Positions 36,239 through 49,409 of a stretch of DNA of 64,000 nucleotides are shown here, in pieces (the first letter of the stretch is position 1; each line of letters starts with the position of its first letter). The stretch comes from Marsupella aquatica. Taxonomy: Eukaryota > Plantae > Marchantiophyta. Made by a program: the position numbers and the translations under genes. The notes beneath the pieces were generated by a model. It saw only the letters and a program-made list of their open reading frames with translations. It was not told where the DNA came from and did not search any database. The stretch lies in contig OZ316891.1 of NCBI GenBank assembly GCA_973895155.1, forward strand, positions 16,354,248 through 16,418,247, read 5' to 3'.

Positions 36239-38186
36239 TCTGATGAAGAGTGGAGAGCTGACTTTGTGGATTCTAATACAGCTAGGCGTAGAGACTACGT
36301 AGAGCAGGACATAGATGGTGTAGAGGATGGTCCTGGGGTACAACATGAGAACGTGGATGACCAAGATGCAGATGCAGAAGCAGTCACTGAGGATGGTGGG
36401 ATGGATGTCCCAAGAATGGTTCAAGAGATTTTTGAAGACCTTGATGCTTTTTACGACACAGTGGAATCAAAAGAGGACAATGAACTGCAGCCACACATTG
36501 GACACGGCCCGCCTGAACCTGACTTTGACATTGGGGAAGGTGCAGCAGAGAGGGAGTGGGTGTTTGGGGGCCCAAAACACATCAAAGAAGCTTGCATTCC
36601 TATCTACGAGGGGTCAAACTGCTCCAAGCTGGGTTTTGTCATGTTGTTGTTGAACATCTGTGGCAATCACAATGTTCCCAATATATTTGTGATAGAGTTG
36701 TTGACCTTCCTGCGCTGAAATGTGTTATCGGATGGTAATTCAATTCCAAAAAATATGTACAAGGCTAGGAAATTTATGTCTAACCTTGGGCTGAACTATG
36801 TGTCTATTGACGCATGCCCTGATGGGTGTGTTCTCTTTTGCAAAGAGCATGCAGATAAATCAACATGGCCTCATTGTGGTAAGCACAGGTACAAGAATGT
36901 AGGGAAATGTACACACCCTGCCAAGGTTCTTTGTCATTTTCCTCTCATTCCTAGACTACGTCTATTTAGATGCCCTGCCATTTCCAAGGTGATGACATGG
37001 ACTCCTGATAACAAGAGCAGTGATGACCTCCAATGTCACATTGGAGATTCCAACCATTGGAAATTTGTTGATGAGAGGTGGCCACAGTTTGTTGTGGAGA
37101 AGCGGAACTTTTGATTTGGTCTATCACTGGATGGAGTAAACCCATTTGGAGACAAAAACAACCATTATTCATGTTGGCCGGTTATGGTGCTAAATTACAA
37201 CCTTCCCCCATGGATGACTACAAAGAGGTTTTTTGTGATGATGGTGCTGCTAATCCCTGGACCAGCTTCTGTGACCAAGCAATTCATAGATATCATGTTG
37301 GCTCCAGCAGTGGAAGAGTGGAAAACTTTGTGGATAGAAGGGGTGTTAACCCATGATGTTCTGAAGGGGCTTCTTTGACCCAGCCCCTTTAGACTACATG
37401 CAATTTGTTTGCTGGATATAGCGAATTACCCAAGCCATGGCATCATATCTGGACAAGTGACAAAGGGCTATGTGGGGTGCACACCATGTGGGAAAAATGT
37501 GACAAGTGAGTGGTCGCATGCCTTGCACAGTATGAAATATCAGGGGCATAGAAGGTATCTGCCTGCTGATCATCCTTATAGGCATAGACGGTCTCAAATT
37601 GCACACTTGAACAACAAAACAGAGCTTCGTGGCCCACCACAGAGGGTCACCAGAGAACAAGTACCGAGGTGGGCAGCCAAGAAGGCTGACTGGGACAAAA
37701 GAGGTGCCACTATAGAAGAACCTGAGGATCCAATGGTGAAACACGGTGTGAAAAGACAGACCTTGATGGACTTGGAGTTGGAGTACTGGAGGGTAATGTA
37801 CTTAGCCTCCAGCCCCTGCATGATTGCAATTTAATTTAGATTGGAGCAATGGTGGATTGATGTTGGTTACAATTGTCCTACTTGGTTAATTAGTGTTTTT
37901 GTTGTTGAATTCTTTCCTTTAAACCATTTTATATTTTTATATATATGAGCCACGAAAACCCCATGGCACGGGGAACAAGCAATGTCACAACAGTATACAT
38001 AATGAATGCATCGATGCAAGAGGACACAAACAGCATAGCAGCGCTACCAATGGAATCAAAGATGTAAACAGTCCGCTGTAGCCCATAGGCTCAGTTTTTA
38101 ATCCTAAATATCCAGTGTCAGTCCCCCCCGCTGAAGCACCCTCCCGCTGAAGCAACAGGCAGCCCATCTCCAAGCCTACATCACTG

Positions 38187-41100
38187 CTAGCCTGACGTAA
38201 CCCAGATGTCCCTACGATTCAACCATACAATCCGTTCATTATTGATCATCTCCTTGGCTCTTAATAGCCTCGTCTTCTTGTTGCAAGCAGGTAGAGCCAG
38301 TGCAATCGCCGAGACATGATCAGCATCTTCGGATAGCATGAAGCGAAGGTCTAGTTTCCTAGTCCCAAGTACCTGGAACATGTGCTCATTCCTGCCATTC
38401 CATAACATCCATGGTAGCTGATAAATCACAAACATCTTCACAATCTTGCCTGGGTTCCGACCTAAAGCAAAATCAATCACCCCAATCAATCCAGCTGAGT
38501 AGTCCACATAAGAGCCACCAAAACAGTCAGCACATAGAGCCCAACATTTCTGGGCATGTGAACATTCCAGGAAGAGGTGAGGAATGGTCTCCCTAGACCT
38601 AGGACACAACTTGCACTCTCCATTGCCTTTGCCAATCTTGAGTGCGCGCGCCCCGGTGAACAGACCCGAAGCTATGATCCTCCACAAGAAAGTCTTGGCT
38701 CTCATTGCCAGTCCCAAACTCCATAGACCAGCCTAGCTCCCATGCCACTCCATTCTTCCGTTGTCCTGGACAGTCCCCACGTCCTATTCAGACTAGGGGT
38801 GTCACTGCACTCGGTCCGGAGCATCCCATATGCTCTTCCATTAGGGATACTAAAACTCTTCAAAGGATCCGGACTGTCCGCCCAGCGCCAACATCTGGGG
38901 CCAGGTTCAAATCCCCACTCACAGTAACTGGTGCATGTCAGTGCATCGATAAATGCCCTGCCCAGTATCCTCTGTTCCAGTGTGAATCCACGCAATAGCC
39001 CCCATCGCACAGTTCTCCATTCCTGCTTTTCCACAAACCAGAGCTCCTGTAGACACCTGATACCCAGTCTCCCACATAGCCTTGTAACAGTAGTCATATC
39101 CTCGTTGTTTCGCGCCTGGAACCCTTGCATGCACCTAACCATGTCACCTACAGCCCAGCATCCTGGTACTTGTTCCGTTGTGCAGTAAATCAAATTTGAC
39201 CGAAGTAGTTCCCAAGCCTTCCAGAGTCCCCCTGTGTATGCCAGGCCATGCAGTGCGCGCGGCCAGCAGAGTAGCATCTTATCTCGAAATGTTTAGTTGT
39301 TCCTCCTTACAACCTTAAAGTCGGTCCATCCAATCAGCTTCAGATTTTTGGAGAAGAGGCACGCCCATTCCGATCCAGGGCAGTCTAGTGCCCCAGTAAA
39401 CCATTTAGCAAGTAGTGCATCCGAGTGGCTTCTGAACTCCTTTATGCCAAGTCCCCCCTCCCCCTTAAGGCAAGAGATGCGTGCCCAAGATACCAATGGT
39501 ACTCTTCGGCCCCCTTCACTGTTATAGCCCCACAAAAAATCTCTACATAATGTCGTCAATTTCTTAGCCAGTACGTTTGATGCCTTGAGAAACATTGAGT
39601 GATAGATTGGAATTGCCTGTAAGATGTGTCTTACCAGTAGTGTTCGGCCTGTGAATGTTAGTAGCTTGTTCGCCCAGGATGAGAGCCTTTGACCAATTTT
39701 GTCCAAAACATAGTTGTGCAATTGTTCCATCTTTAGATCCATCCCCAGTGGTGCCCCTAGGTATTTTTGCAGCTCACCCCTACCACTAATTACACACCCA
39801 GTGTCCCTGAGCCACTACAGCGTAATTGTCATTGCCAGTGGTATCACAGTAGATTTTCGTAAGTTGAGGCGAGCCCTAGATGCCAGCTCATAACATTTTA
39901 TCACCTCAGTTACCTGTTGGAAACTGCTCTCCTTTGTAGGGATGAACAGTCCCATATCATCCATGAACAATCGGTAGCAAATAGTCAGTAGCTCCGATAT
40001 CTGTATTCCCTCAAGTCTGCCTGCAGCCAGCTCCGCATCCATGAAGTCCATTAGTGGTTGCGTTGAGATCACAAAGAGTAGAGGCGACAATGGACAACCC
40101 TGTCGAACCCCCCGTTGGAGCCCAGTATCCGTTGACAGCATTCCATTTAGGTGGACCCTTGATGTAGCGTGTTGCATCAGTGCCTACACCAATTTGATGA
40201 AATTGCCACTAATACCAAGCAGGTGCATTGTTTCCCTATTTATATATCCCTGATCTACTCGATCAAATGCCTTCTCGAAGTCCAGCTTGAGAAAGAGTGC
40301 CTCATAGTTCCTGTTTTTTGCCCAGACAAAAGTCAGCCACGCCAGTGAAATATTTCCCAATATATTCCGGCCAGGTATAAACCCCATCTGCTGCGGACTG
40401 ATCAGCCGGGGTAGGATGCGGATCAGTCTAAGTGCCAAGATCTTGGCAATCAGCTTATATATTGTGTTCAACATAGTTAGTGGCCTCCAGTCCTTCAACA
40501 TCCTCTTATCCGCCTTCTTAGGAATAAGTTTGATAATCCCTTCTTTTATCCCACTTGCCAGCTTCCCTGTCAACCAAAATTCCTGAATCATTGCCACCAA
40601 GTCTGTTTGCATGAACTCCCAACATGCCTGGTACACTTCCGCAGACAGCCCATCAGGTCCGGGGGCCTTGTCCTTTGGGAGCATCCATAGAACTTCTTTA
40701 ATTTCAGAGTTAGTCGGCAGCTTCTCCAGCCTAGTGATTTCAGTTGCGGACAGGGCCGCCTGAGTGTATCCAAGCAGTTGACTTCGTTCATTTAAAGAGA
40801 CCATCCGCCCCTGATGAGAGGGATCCCTAGGGGCATACGACTCCCAACATGTGTTTTCTACTTCCCTCATGATCAATACTGGATCCGTGATCACCCTCCC
40901 GTCTTCCAGCAGCAGGCTCTTCATTGCTTCCCATTCTCTTTTTGCCTTCACAGTCTCAAAGTAAAAATGGGAGGGCTCATCACCCTCTCCCAACCATTTT
41001 ATCCTTGCAAGTCGTCTTCCCCTATACGCCCCCTCTAGCTCTGCGGCATGTAGTAAATCTTCTGTATCAACATATTCCTTAAGTTCATTTTTGGAGTAAT

Positions 41101-42125
41101 CTTCCATTATTGTCGTCTTCAGTACCCGAAGTTGATTCCTCAGCATCATCAATTCTTCCTCTCTTCTCTTAGGTGACCCTTGCTTTTCTATGTACATTTT
41201 ACGCATGTTACAGCTCGCCTTATCAAATGCTAGTAGTGGTTTGACACATTCCCCTTTTCCTATAATCCATGCTGCCTGAAGTGCTTCCACTGTGCCTGCA
41301 ATCTTTAGCAATGTCGGGTTTGCTTTAAAAAGTGTCATTCTCACCCGAGGTCTCTCCCCCCGCCCACTGTCTGCAAGTCGTAGACTTAGCACAACCGGAT
41401 CATGGTCTGAGAGGGCCGCGCGAGACCCCATCGTGCTCAAGTTTTACTATCTGGTTAATCCATTCCCCGTTAGTGCTACAATAGAATCGGTCCAATCGTG
41501 TTTGCACCAGTATTCCACTCCTACTCCAATGCCAAGTGTATCTGGCCCCCCTGTCAATTCCTTGAAACAGTATAGCATCCACCAGATTGAATCGTACCTT
41601 GAGGAATCTCCAAAATTCAGCCTCTCGTCCTCTGATCAAGGACAAGTCCCCCATAGAGTCCTCTCTTATTTCCGTCATATTGAAGTCCCCACATACTATC
41701 CAGTTGGCTGGGGGCAGTTGCAATTTGAGTTCATTCCATAAGATTGCTCGTCTCCTGGGAGAGTTAGGAGCATATACACTTGCAATTCCAAAATTACATT
41801 CCTCATACACTACCAGTGCCCATGCAGCTCTACCGAGATCCATCACTCCCGAACCCACAATTTTAATCGCAGGATGCAACAATAGTGATGTACCCCCCCG
41901 GCCCTCATCAGGGGCAGATGTTATAATCTGATATGATGGCAGTATCATCCGCATTGCCAGGTCTAGCCTGAACTGGTCCGCCTTGATTTCCTGCAAAGCC
42001 AAAATATCTATCCGTTCCTTTTTGGATTCAATCCAGTTCTTCGCCGTATTTTTTCTGTTGGGCTCACATAGCCCACACACATTCCAGGAGGCCACCCTTA
42101 GCGCGCACCTCCCCCATAGTGTCAC
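38187..42125 (-). pseudogene. LINE ORF2: AP endonuclease, RT and zf-RVT (disrupted)
   Basis: SWNVCGL, LQEIK, SVYAP, GDFN, RLDRF, SDHDPV; KAPGPDG, WRPLTMLN, RQGCPLSP, LFMDD; CKLC..ETIPHLFLEC. Confidence 0.92.
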
Positions 42126-42372
42126 CTGGTCTCCCCCTTTTGTCAGTCTCAGATCTTAGATACGCACGCGCCCACCAGAAGGCGTACCCAAACCAGCACT
42201 CACACTCCTCCGGCAAGCCAGTGTTACTAATCCAATTTCATTTGTCTCCTCCATTTGGTGGTCCACATTTAACTCTGCAGGAGGCTCAGTTCTTCCCCAA
42301 TCCTCAGCCCCAGGAGTGTTTGCAATATAACAGTCAATCCCTCTCTCACGTCCGCCGATATAGGCCTGCTCT

Positions 42373-44170
42373 CTACACCTGCATAGGGACAGACGAGTGT
42401 GAGTGTGAGAATTTTAGTGATCTTTGTTTTTTGGGCTCCTGTAAAACTCTGTCCTTCTTAGCCGCCGGTGGGGTCCTCCTATCAAGCTTCCTGGCTCTTT
42501 CCTTCCCTTTGCTTGAGACATATGATTCATATTCAGACACCTCCACGTCCGTGTCCCCCAGGTATGAAGAGCCATTCCTCTCAGCACTTTCACTAAGTGA
42601 ATCCACCAAAGCTATAGTCTCTTTCGTGGCCACTACCACCTCAATAGGTGTAAAACTCTCCTCCCTGGCTAGCATCCAGTGGAGAAGGTGGCAATGCCTC
42701 CATGGTAGATATCTCAGTGGTCTCCTTCCTCAGTGAAGGCTGCGTCTCCTTATTTGCTACGTTTACTAACACCTCCTGTCTAGAATTTATCAGCCCCGCC
42801 TGTTCAGGTTCAATCCGGGTGGATTCAGCTTCTGCCCTCATCAAGGATTCCACAACAAATAGATCTGCTGTCACCGTATCATCCTCCCTAGGGGCAGTTA
42901 GACCCACGCCTATTCTAACCCGCAGGTTCATAGCAAGTTGTGTTCTGAGTACCTCCTCTGGGTCCCCTTCAACTACCGCATCTAATTCTTCCGGAGGATC
43001 CTCTATGTCTTCCCCTTGTTTTCCTGGTTTGCTTCCGCCACTACATCTCTTCCTTCCCTACACTCCCGAGCCAAGTGGCCCTTCCTATTGCACTTAAAAC
43101 AGTGATATGGTATATTCTTAAATAGTATTGGCTGCCAGATAATAATATCATCTCTATCCTTACCCGAGCACTCTTAGGCACCTTCCGCTTCGTGTCCCAA
43201 AGAATACAAGCACGGTCATGTGGGTAAGAGCTGTACTCGTCCCCCTGAATGTAGTGCAACAATTTACCCAAGGATTCAACAATCTTAATTCTGCATCCCT
43301 CCAGCACCAGGGCTCGAAAGGGAAGCTCAATCCATACAGGAAGCTTAGTGAACTTTTCAGGCCAAATATCAAATGAAGGATCCCAAGGAAATGTGTACAC
43401 CAGCTTACGCTCTAGGAACCATGGGGCAGATGATAGAGCAAGGTCCCGGTGCTCCGCCTTTTCAAACACCACCAAGTAGAAGCTTTTCCCGATAAATTTT
43501 ATCTGCAGCACTGGCCAACTCCTGTCTTCAATCATCCATTCTTCAATCCAAGCACGGAAGACAGGTAGCATGGGAGTCCAATCCGTAAAGTAGCATAACA
43601 ATCCGCAATTGTAAAGTTGCCTAACATTGGACGCTGCTTCCTCAATGTTCCATTCTACTGGTGTGAAGAGCTTAGTATTCCAATCTCCTTTGAGTTTTTT
43701 GCAATTTATTTTAAGATGTTGATACATTCCACAGATACGGCTTCCCTTTCCACTTCCTCCGGGCGTTCTCCCAAATCCACCACCATAGTTCTTGGCTCCA
43801 CACTTTCCCTTGGTTGAGCATTCACTCCAGCTCCAGCCAAACCGTGATCCATTGTTGGGGGTGAGTGTATCCCCAAGGAGTTACCCCCCAATCGATGTGA
43901 CGATGCAATATCGTGTCTTGTGCGTCCACTCTCCGTATTTGCAAACAAGTCGAAGGGTGCATGTGCCACCAATTGGGGATGTTTGAATGGGGGGCCGCGA
44001 CCACTGGGGTGAACTGTGCTCCGATGGTCTTGTCTGCTAAATCTCTCATTTGCCTCAATAGCATGAGTACTCAGACCTCCCGTGTTCCCCAAGGGAGGCA
44101 ATCCCATTTGGGTGCGTTGTTGATCCCCTTGTTGCTTTTCCATCTCAACCCTACTTCCATTGATTGACAT
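42373..44170 (-). pseudogene. LINE ORF1 (DUF4283-like plus zinc knuckle; disrupted)
   Basis: FYLVVFEKAEHRDLAL..APWF, LPVWIELP, IVESLG; CFKCNRKGHLAREC near 43060-43110; boundaries approximate. Confidence 0.75.
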
Positions 44171-45775
44171 AGCTTGACTAGTGATTTAGCTCAACAGTAT
44201 ATCAGAGGAAGAAACACTTCCTTACCTCGCACCCTTGAAGAATTGCTCAATTTGGTGTCTCCCTCTCCGCCGAATCGATATGGCTCTTTGTCTAATTGCT
44301 CCTCTAAGTTTTGCTTGGACACTAGTTTATCCGCGTCTCTACTTCAACCAATTAGATTCAGGTCACGGCTATTCAAGCCCAAAACCCTTCCTTGGTCGAG
44401 GCCAGCACTTCCGAGGTCAAAGCTCCTCAGCCCTAATCCCGCTCCTTTAATCTCTTAAGATCTTGCTATTCTGCTCTTCTCCTCTGTCTTCCTGTTCACC
44501 ATTCGCTTCCAGCAGACCAAGAGCACTCCCTCACCGCTGGTCTCTGGCCTTGTTTAGCATGTTGTCTCTCCTAAGATACTTTGTTGTCTCCAATTTGGCC
44601 GATTCTTCACTCCCTTTGCTTCAGACCGCGTTCCCGCTTACTCCATACACTTGTTCTGTCTATCCCTTCCTTCCTACCTGCCATTCTTGCCTCCCCTACC
44701 CTATTCTAGCAAAAGTTCTTCTCTTCTTGCCTTCCACTCTCTTTGGTCTTTTTCCTGTTCACCTATTAAGAAGACAACGGTTTTGCCGTCTAACCCTTTA
44801 CGCACCAAAAGCCCTAAACACCCTTCTTCTTGCGCTGAATGCTTCCCTCAACCAAATCCGTTAATGTTAATCACGTAAAGTAAGGAATCACAACCCTCAT
44901 CCCTCGCCAGATTCCCCAACTCGCACCTGAATCCCAATCCCAAGAGATGACCCAGCAAAGTACATCCATAGTCTCAAGTCCGTTGTCAAAGTCATCCCCT
45001 CCCTCATTCAGTTCTGGTCTTCGCGTCCGATGTATGTTGTTGAATTCTTTGCTTTGTGGAGTGCAGGAATTCGAGCCCAGCAAACACAATATGGACGTCA
45101 TGCACATTGAGAAAAATATTTGCGAGAGCTTGCTGAAGTTCTTGTCGGGTGAGAAAGATACAGGAGCAGTTTGAGTTGATATGCAATAGAAGGGGATTCG
45201 CCCTCACCTTTGGTTGAAGCCCCATGCAAGCATGCAAAATCCCAATGTACTTCTCAAGTTCCAAGCTCCCTATGTGTGCACAAAGGAAGAATGGAAGACA
45301 TTCTTGTATAGATTGAGCTATCTGAAAGTGCCCTCTGGCTATGCTGGTGCCTTCAAGAAGCATATTACAAAGAATAAACTTGGCAGTATGAAAACACATG
45401 ACTACCATGTGTTGATGCAGAACATTTTGCCCCTATGCCTCAGAGGTCTCATGCAAAAACCAGTCCGTAATGTCATTCTTTGACTGTGCAATGTATTGTT
45501 CCGTATATGTGTGAAAGTGTGGGATCCCCAAGGATTGGAGCAGTTGAAGCAGGATGCTGCTTATGTCCTCTGTGACTTGGAGATATACTTCCCCCCTGCT
45601 TTCTTTGATATTATGACTCATCTCCTAATCCATGTGGTAGAAGAGCTAGGGCAATATGGGCCAGTCAGTACCAGATGGATGTACCCTATGGAGAAATACA
45701 TGAAGTTGTTGAAAGGTCATGTCAGAACATACTATAGGCCAGAGGCTTCCATGGCATTGGGGTACATTAAGGAGG

Positions 45776-46140
45776 GGGTATTTACAAACGACAGCAAACA
45801 GCAAACAGTAACAGAAAACAGAAACTGGTAACAAGAAAATGAGTGATAATTTTTTTTGAATTTTTTTTGAATTTTTGTTTTGAATTTTTGTTTTGGGAAA
45901 AAAAAAGTTTTTTTTTTCAAAATTTTATTTTATTTGCTAGCGCCCGGCGCTGGTAATGCTAGCGCCCAAAGCTAGCCAAAAAATGTTGTAACTTAGATTT
46001 TTTTTGGAAAATGAGACTTTTTAGAAAATATTTTGACATGGTTATTTTTCCTGGTAACAGTAACTTTTTGCTGGTAACAGGAAAAAATTTCCTGGTACCA
46101 GTAAACCTGTTTCCTGTTTATTGTCACGCGTGCCATACCC
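45776..46140. mobile_element. MITE-like element (365 bp) in a CACTA transposase exon
   Basis: Imperfect TIRs GGGTATTTACAAACGACAGCAAACAGCAAACAG / CTGTTTCCTGTTTATTGTCACGCGTGCCATACCC; flanking AGGAGG duplication; T-rich interior; removal restores GYIKE|DEMLGFLTEYM. Confidence 0.75.
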
Positions 46141-48155
46141 AGGAGGATGAGATGTTGGGGTTCCTAACAGAGTACATGGCTGGGTCTGGTGAAGCTATGA
46201 CAAGAGTTTGGAAATCTGGTGAAGATGATGGAGTGAGTGGCGAGGTTGTTGAAGGTGTGGGATGTGTTGTGCAGCTGTCTGTTGTAATTTGAGACAAGGC
46301 TCATTCATATGTGCTGGCGAACACAGAGCCTATGCAACCATGGTGGAGGTGAGTGATTGAATTGACTTGCCTTTGTTGTGATGCTTCTTGTCTATTCCAA
46401 GGGTGATCTTAGGTTGTCATGTGTTGTGACCTAACTATGCCTGTACCTCATATTGCAGGGAATATGATATGCAAAAAGCTGCACACTCTGGGTAGCAGGA
46501 TCCCTTCCCACAGTTTGAGCAGTGGATTCAGGTGGCAATTCGAGAGCATAGTAGACATCGTGAACCCAAATATGGAGAAGGATTTGTATCATCTATCTGT
46601 GCCACCACGATTGTCTATTCTGACCTACAAACGGATGAGAGCTTATGGAAATCATTATCGAGTGAGGGATGAGCAGGGTGACCATTGTGTATCATATGAT
46701 TGTGGTTTGATATCTGTGTTTGAGTAGGAAACCTCTGAAGAACATAGGGGTGGATGAAGATGGGTTACGTGGGGGAGTTGACAGACATTTGGGTCTTGAA
46801 TTATGGTAACACAAGTGTCCCTGTAATATTCATGAAGGGAGCATGGGTGAAATCAGAATGGCAGAGGCCAAGGGCCACCATGAAGCGTGATCTTGATGGG
46901 TTCTTGTTGGCCAATTTTAGGTCCAGAGTACCAGAATGGTCTGAGCCTTTTGTTTTCCCTAGCCAAGTTGAACAGGCTTTCTTTCTAGATGTGGAGGGGT
47001 CACATGATTGGAGGGTGGTATGCCATAGCTAAGCACGGAGCAGGCGGATGGATGGAAGTAAAGTAGAGTTCAGTTTGGACGACCATACTACATTCGAGCA
47101 TCCTAGTTAGGAAATTGTACTTCCAACTCGGGCAGGGACCGACTACATCCCGTTAACATTGAGAGAGACATATGAACTTGGGGAGATGGAATATGATGAG
47201 GTTGATGATGTGCAATAGGCAACAGCTGGCGATTGACAAGTATGAGGTTGAGGATGACTACTTGCACAGAGTCACAGAACGGGAATTGTTGCCTGGAATG
47301 ATGTTTAGGATAGTTGGATATGCATGAAATTGATTGATACTTTGAATTTAGTGTGCTCATTCTCCCTGTTTGGGTGTGGATGCTATGCAGAAGCTATGGG
47401 GGAAGAGGGTGATGACATGGAGATAGACATGGGGCTTGGAGAGTGGGGTGAAGAGGAAAGATTGGATATGGATGGAGACTCAGATGCAGGGGGCTCACAG
47501 AAAAATGCACCTGTGCAAGATGCACAGGGCCCTCATCAAGTGCCTATGCCAGGTAGGTGGGAAGCTAGAGATAAATCACATAATCCATACCCTAGAAGGA
47601 GCCAGAGTTATTGGCAAGGGACGCCTGATGATTAAATATGATGATGACTATGATGGAGCAGAAGATGGATGGGATGAATATGAACACCCAAAGCGTGGTA
47701 GAGACGGGTACAGAGGGCAATGGAAAGGCGAGGAGGATGATTGGACAAGTAAGTGCCTTGTGCTAGTGATTTTGTGATGGTAGTAGAGATTGTAGCTCAA
47801 TATGGACTTATCTGATGTCTAGCTAGTGCAAAGAGTTTATCTTACAGGTCCATGAGTGTGGCATGTACCTGTTGGTATGCAGACTCTGATTGGGACAATC
47901 ACAAAAACAACAAAGGCCATCCATGTTCAGATAGGAGGCAATCATTCACAAGCGGGAGAAACGGCGCTAATTCATCAAGACAAAGCAATTGGACAGGTGG
48001 TCCAGAACCATCTATGGGCCAAGGGAGAGGTAACTTGGTCATTGCAAAATTCCTCTAAAGTCCAGTGTATATTTGGCAGCAAAATTCATGCTTCATACTT
48101 ACCTAATGATCCCGTAAATGTGCAGGGACTCCAGGGAGGTTTAAACAATGCAATC

Positions 48156-48249
48156 CAGGCCGTGGGGGGAGAGTAGGCCGTGGAGGGACCCCAGACCGTG
48201 GGGGGACACCAGGCCGTGGAGGGACACCAGGCCATGAAGGGACACCTAG
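48156..48249 (+). repeat. 18-bp tandem repeat (~5 units, consensus CAGGCCGTGGAGGGACAC) at the family C insertion site
   Basis: Read directly from the sequence. Confidence 0.75.
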
Positions 48250-48749
48250 TGTGACGGGTACCCCGTCACGGGAAGTCACACATAACTGGTTGCAAAGGCC
48301 GATACCTTGTTAATAGTCAATGTAAATAAGCCATTTTTTAATTTTTAGTTAATTCCGTCATTATAGGTTGATGATGCCCCAGGTGACTTTATATTCTTTC
48401 TCTCATAATAGTTCTAAGATTTGCGGCGACCTAAGTGGGCAAATATTTTGGGACCTTGAAACTAGCCAGGACCAGCCCCATAGGACTTACCGTTTTGCTT
48501 CAAGAGCTATTGTTGAGACCCCCATTGCAAAGTCAGGAGAGGGGGGGGTTTTTTTTAAAATAAATCCCTCCTCAGGAGGGCGAGTCCCATTAGTGGCCGT
48601 CCGAGAGAAAGAGGGGCTGCCTCGCGAGCCCATAGGGCTGCGTGCCCGGGCGATTAATGGGGCTCCGCGAGCTGAAGGGGCTGCCTCGCGAGCCCATAGG
48701 GCTGCGTGCCCGGGCAATTAATGAGGCTCCGCGAGCTGAAGGAGCGCAA

Positions 48750-48985
48750 GCGAGCGGGGGGGGGGGGGAGTTAAAGGGCCTCCCGCGAGCTGGGAGGATC
48801 ACGCGAGCGGGGGGGAGTTAAAGGGCCTCCCGCGAGCTGGGAGGATCACGCGAGCGGGGGGGAGTTAAAGGGCCTCCCGCGAGCTGGGAGGATCACGCGA
48901 GCGGGGGGGAGTTAAAGGGCCTCCCGCGAGCTGGGAGGATCACGCGAGCGGGGGGGAGTTGAAGGGCCTCCCGCGAGCCGGGAGG
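48750..48985 (+). repeat. 47-bp G-rich tandem repeat in the family C LTR, preceded by a ~65-bp duplication at ~48612-48742
   Basis: Unit GCGAGCGGGGGGGAGTTAAAGGGCCTCCCGCGAGCTGGGAGGATCAC; one unit fewer in the 3' LTR (~59496-59680). Confidence 0.9.
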
Positions 48986-49409
48986 AATGGCCGCGCGCCC
49001 TGCATAGGGCCGCGCGCAGGAGGACGCAAGGGTAAGGCCCGAGAAATGGGCCGGGGCGCATGGCGAAGGCGCCAGGAGTTTTTTCGGTTCTATTTTTTTT
49101 TCCTTCCTTTTTCTTTCCCTCTTCCTTTTGCACGACCCTCTCATTGCCGAAAGCAAAAACGGGGTTCTTCTCTCTCTTGCCGGAAGCTCTCTCCAGATTC
49201 TAATTATTTTTGAAGCTCTCTCTTTCATGGTGGATTAGTGGGGCTTGCTGGCGTCATTCTTCCAGGCATTAGTGGCGGCCGCACGGAGTAGTGACGGGAA
49301 ATTGAGAGAATTTAAGTGATCGGGCTACGGGGGCTGTTTCGGGCCAGGGAATTGACATTGCCACGGGTGACGGGATTGGTGATTGAGAAATTGATTTCGG
49401 GATGCATGG

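Larger units (their letters stand above)
37916..45034 (-). mobile_element. Full-length L1-clade LINE (~7.1 kb) in an intron of the CACTA transposase
   Basis: 16-bp TSD TGTTGTTGAATTCTTT at 37900-37915 and 45035-45050; A-rich 3' tail on minus; ORF1 and ORF2 remnants. Confidence 0.92.
36240..47100 (+). pseudogene. CACTA (En/Spm) transposase, Transposase_21/Tnp2 family with DUF4218/DUF4216-like regions; multi-exon, decayed
   Basis: IDACPDGCVLF, HFPLIPRL, DGVNPF, CWPVMVLNYNLPPW, LLIPGP, HRRYLPADHPYR, HNMDVMHIEKNICE, MKTHDYHVLMQ, FPPAFFDIMTHL, RWMYPMEKYM, EPFVFPSQVEQAFF; GT-AG introns (37793-45066, ~46349-46458); stops and frameshifts. No CACTA terminus seen. Confidence 0.9.

Noticed and set aside
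48750-48985. Regularly spaced repeats as a CRISPR array
   Set aside because: Units are contiguous with no unique spacers, there are no cas genes, and the context is a eukaryotic LTR.
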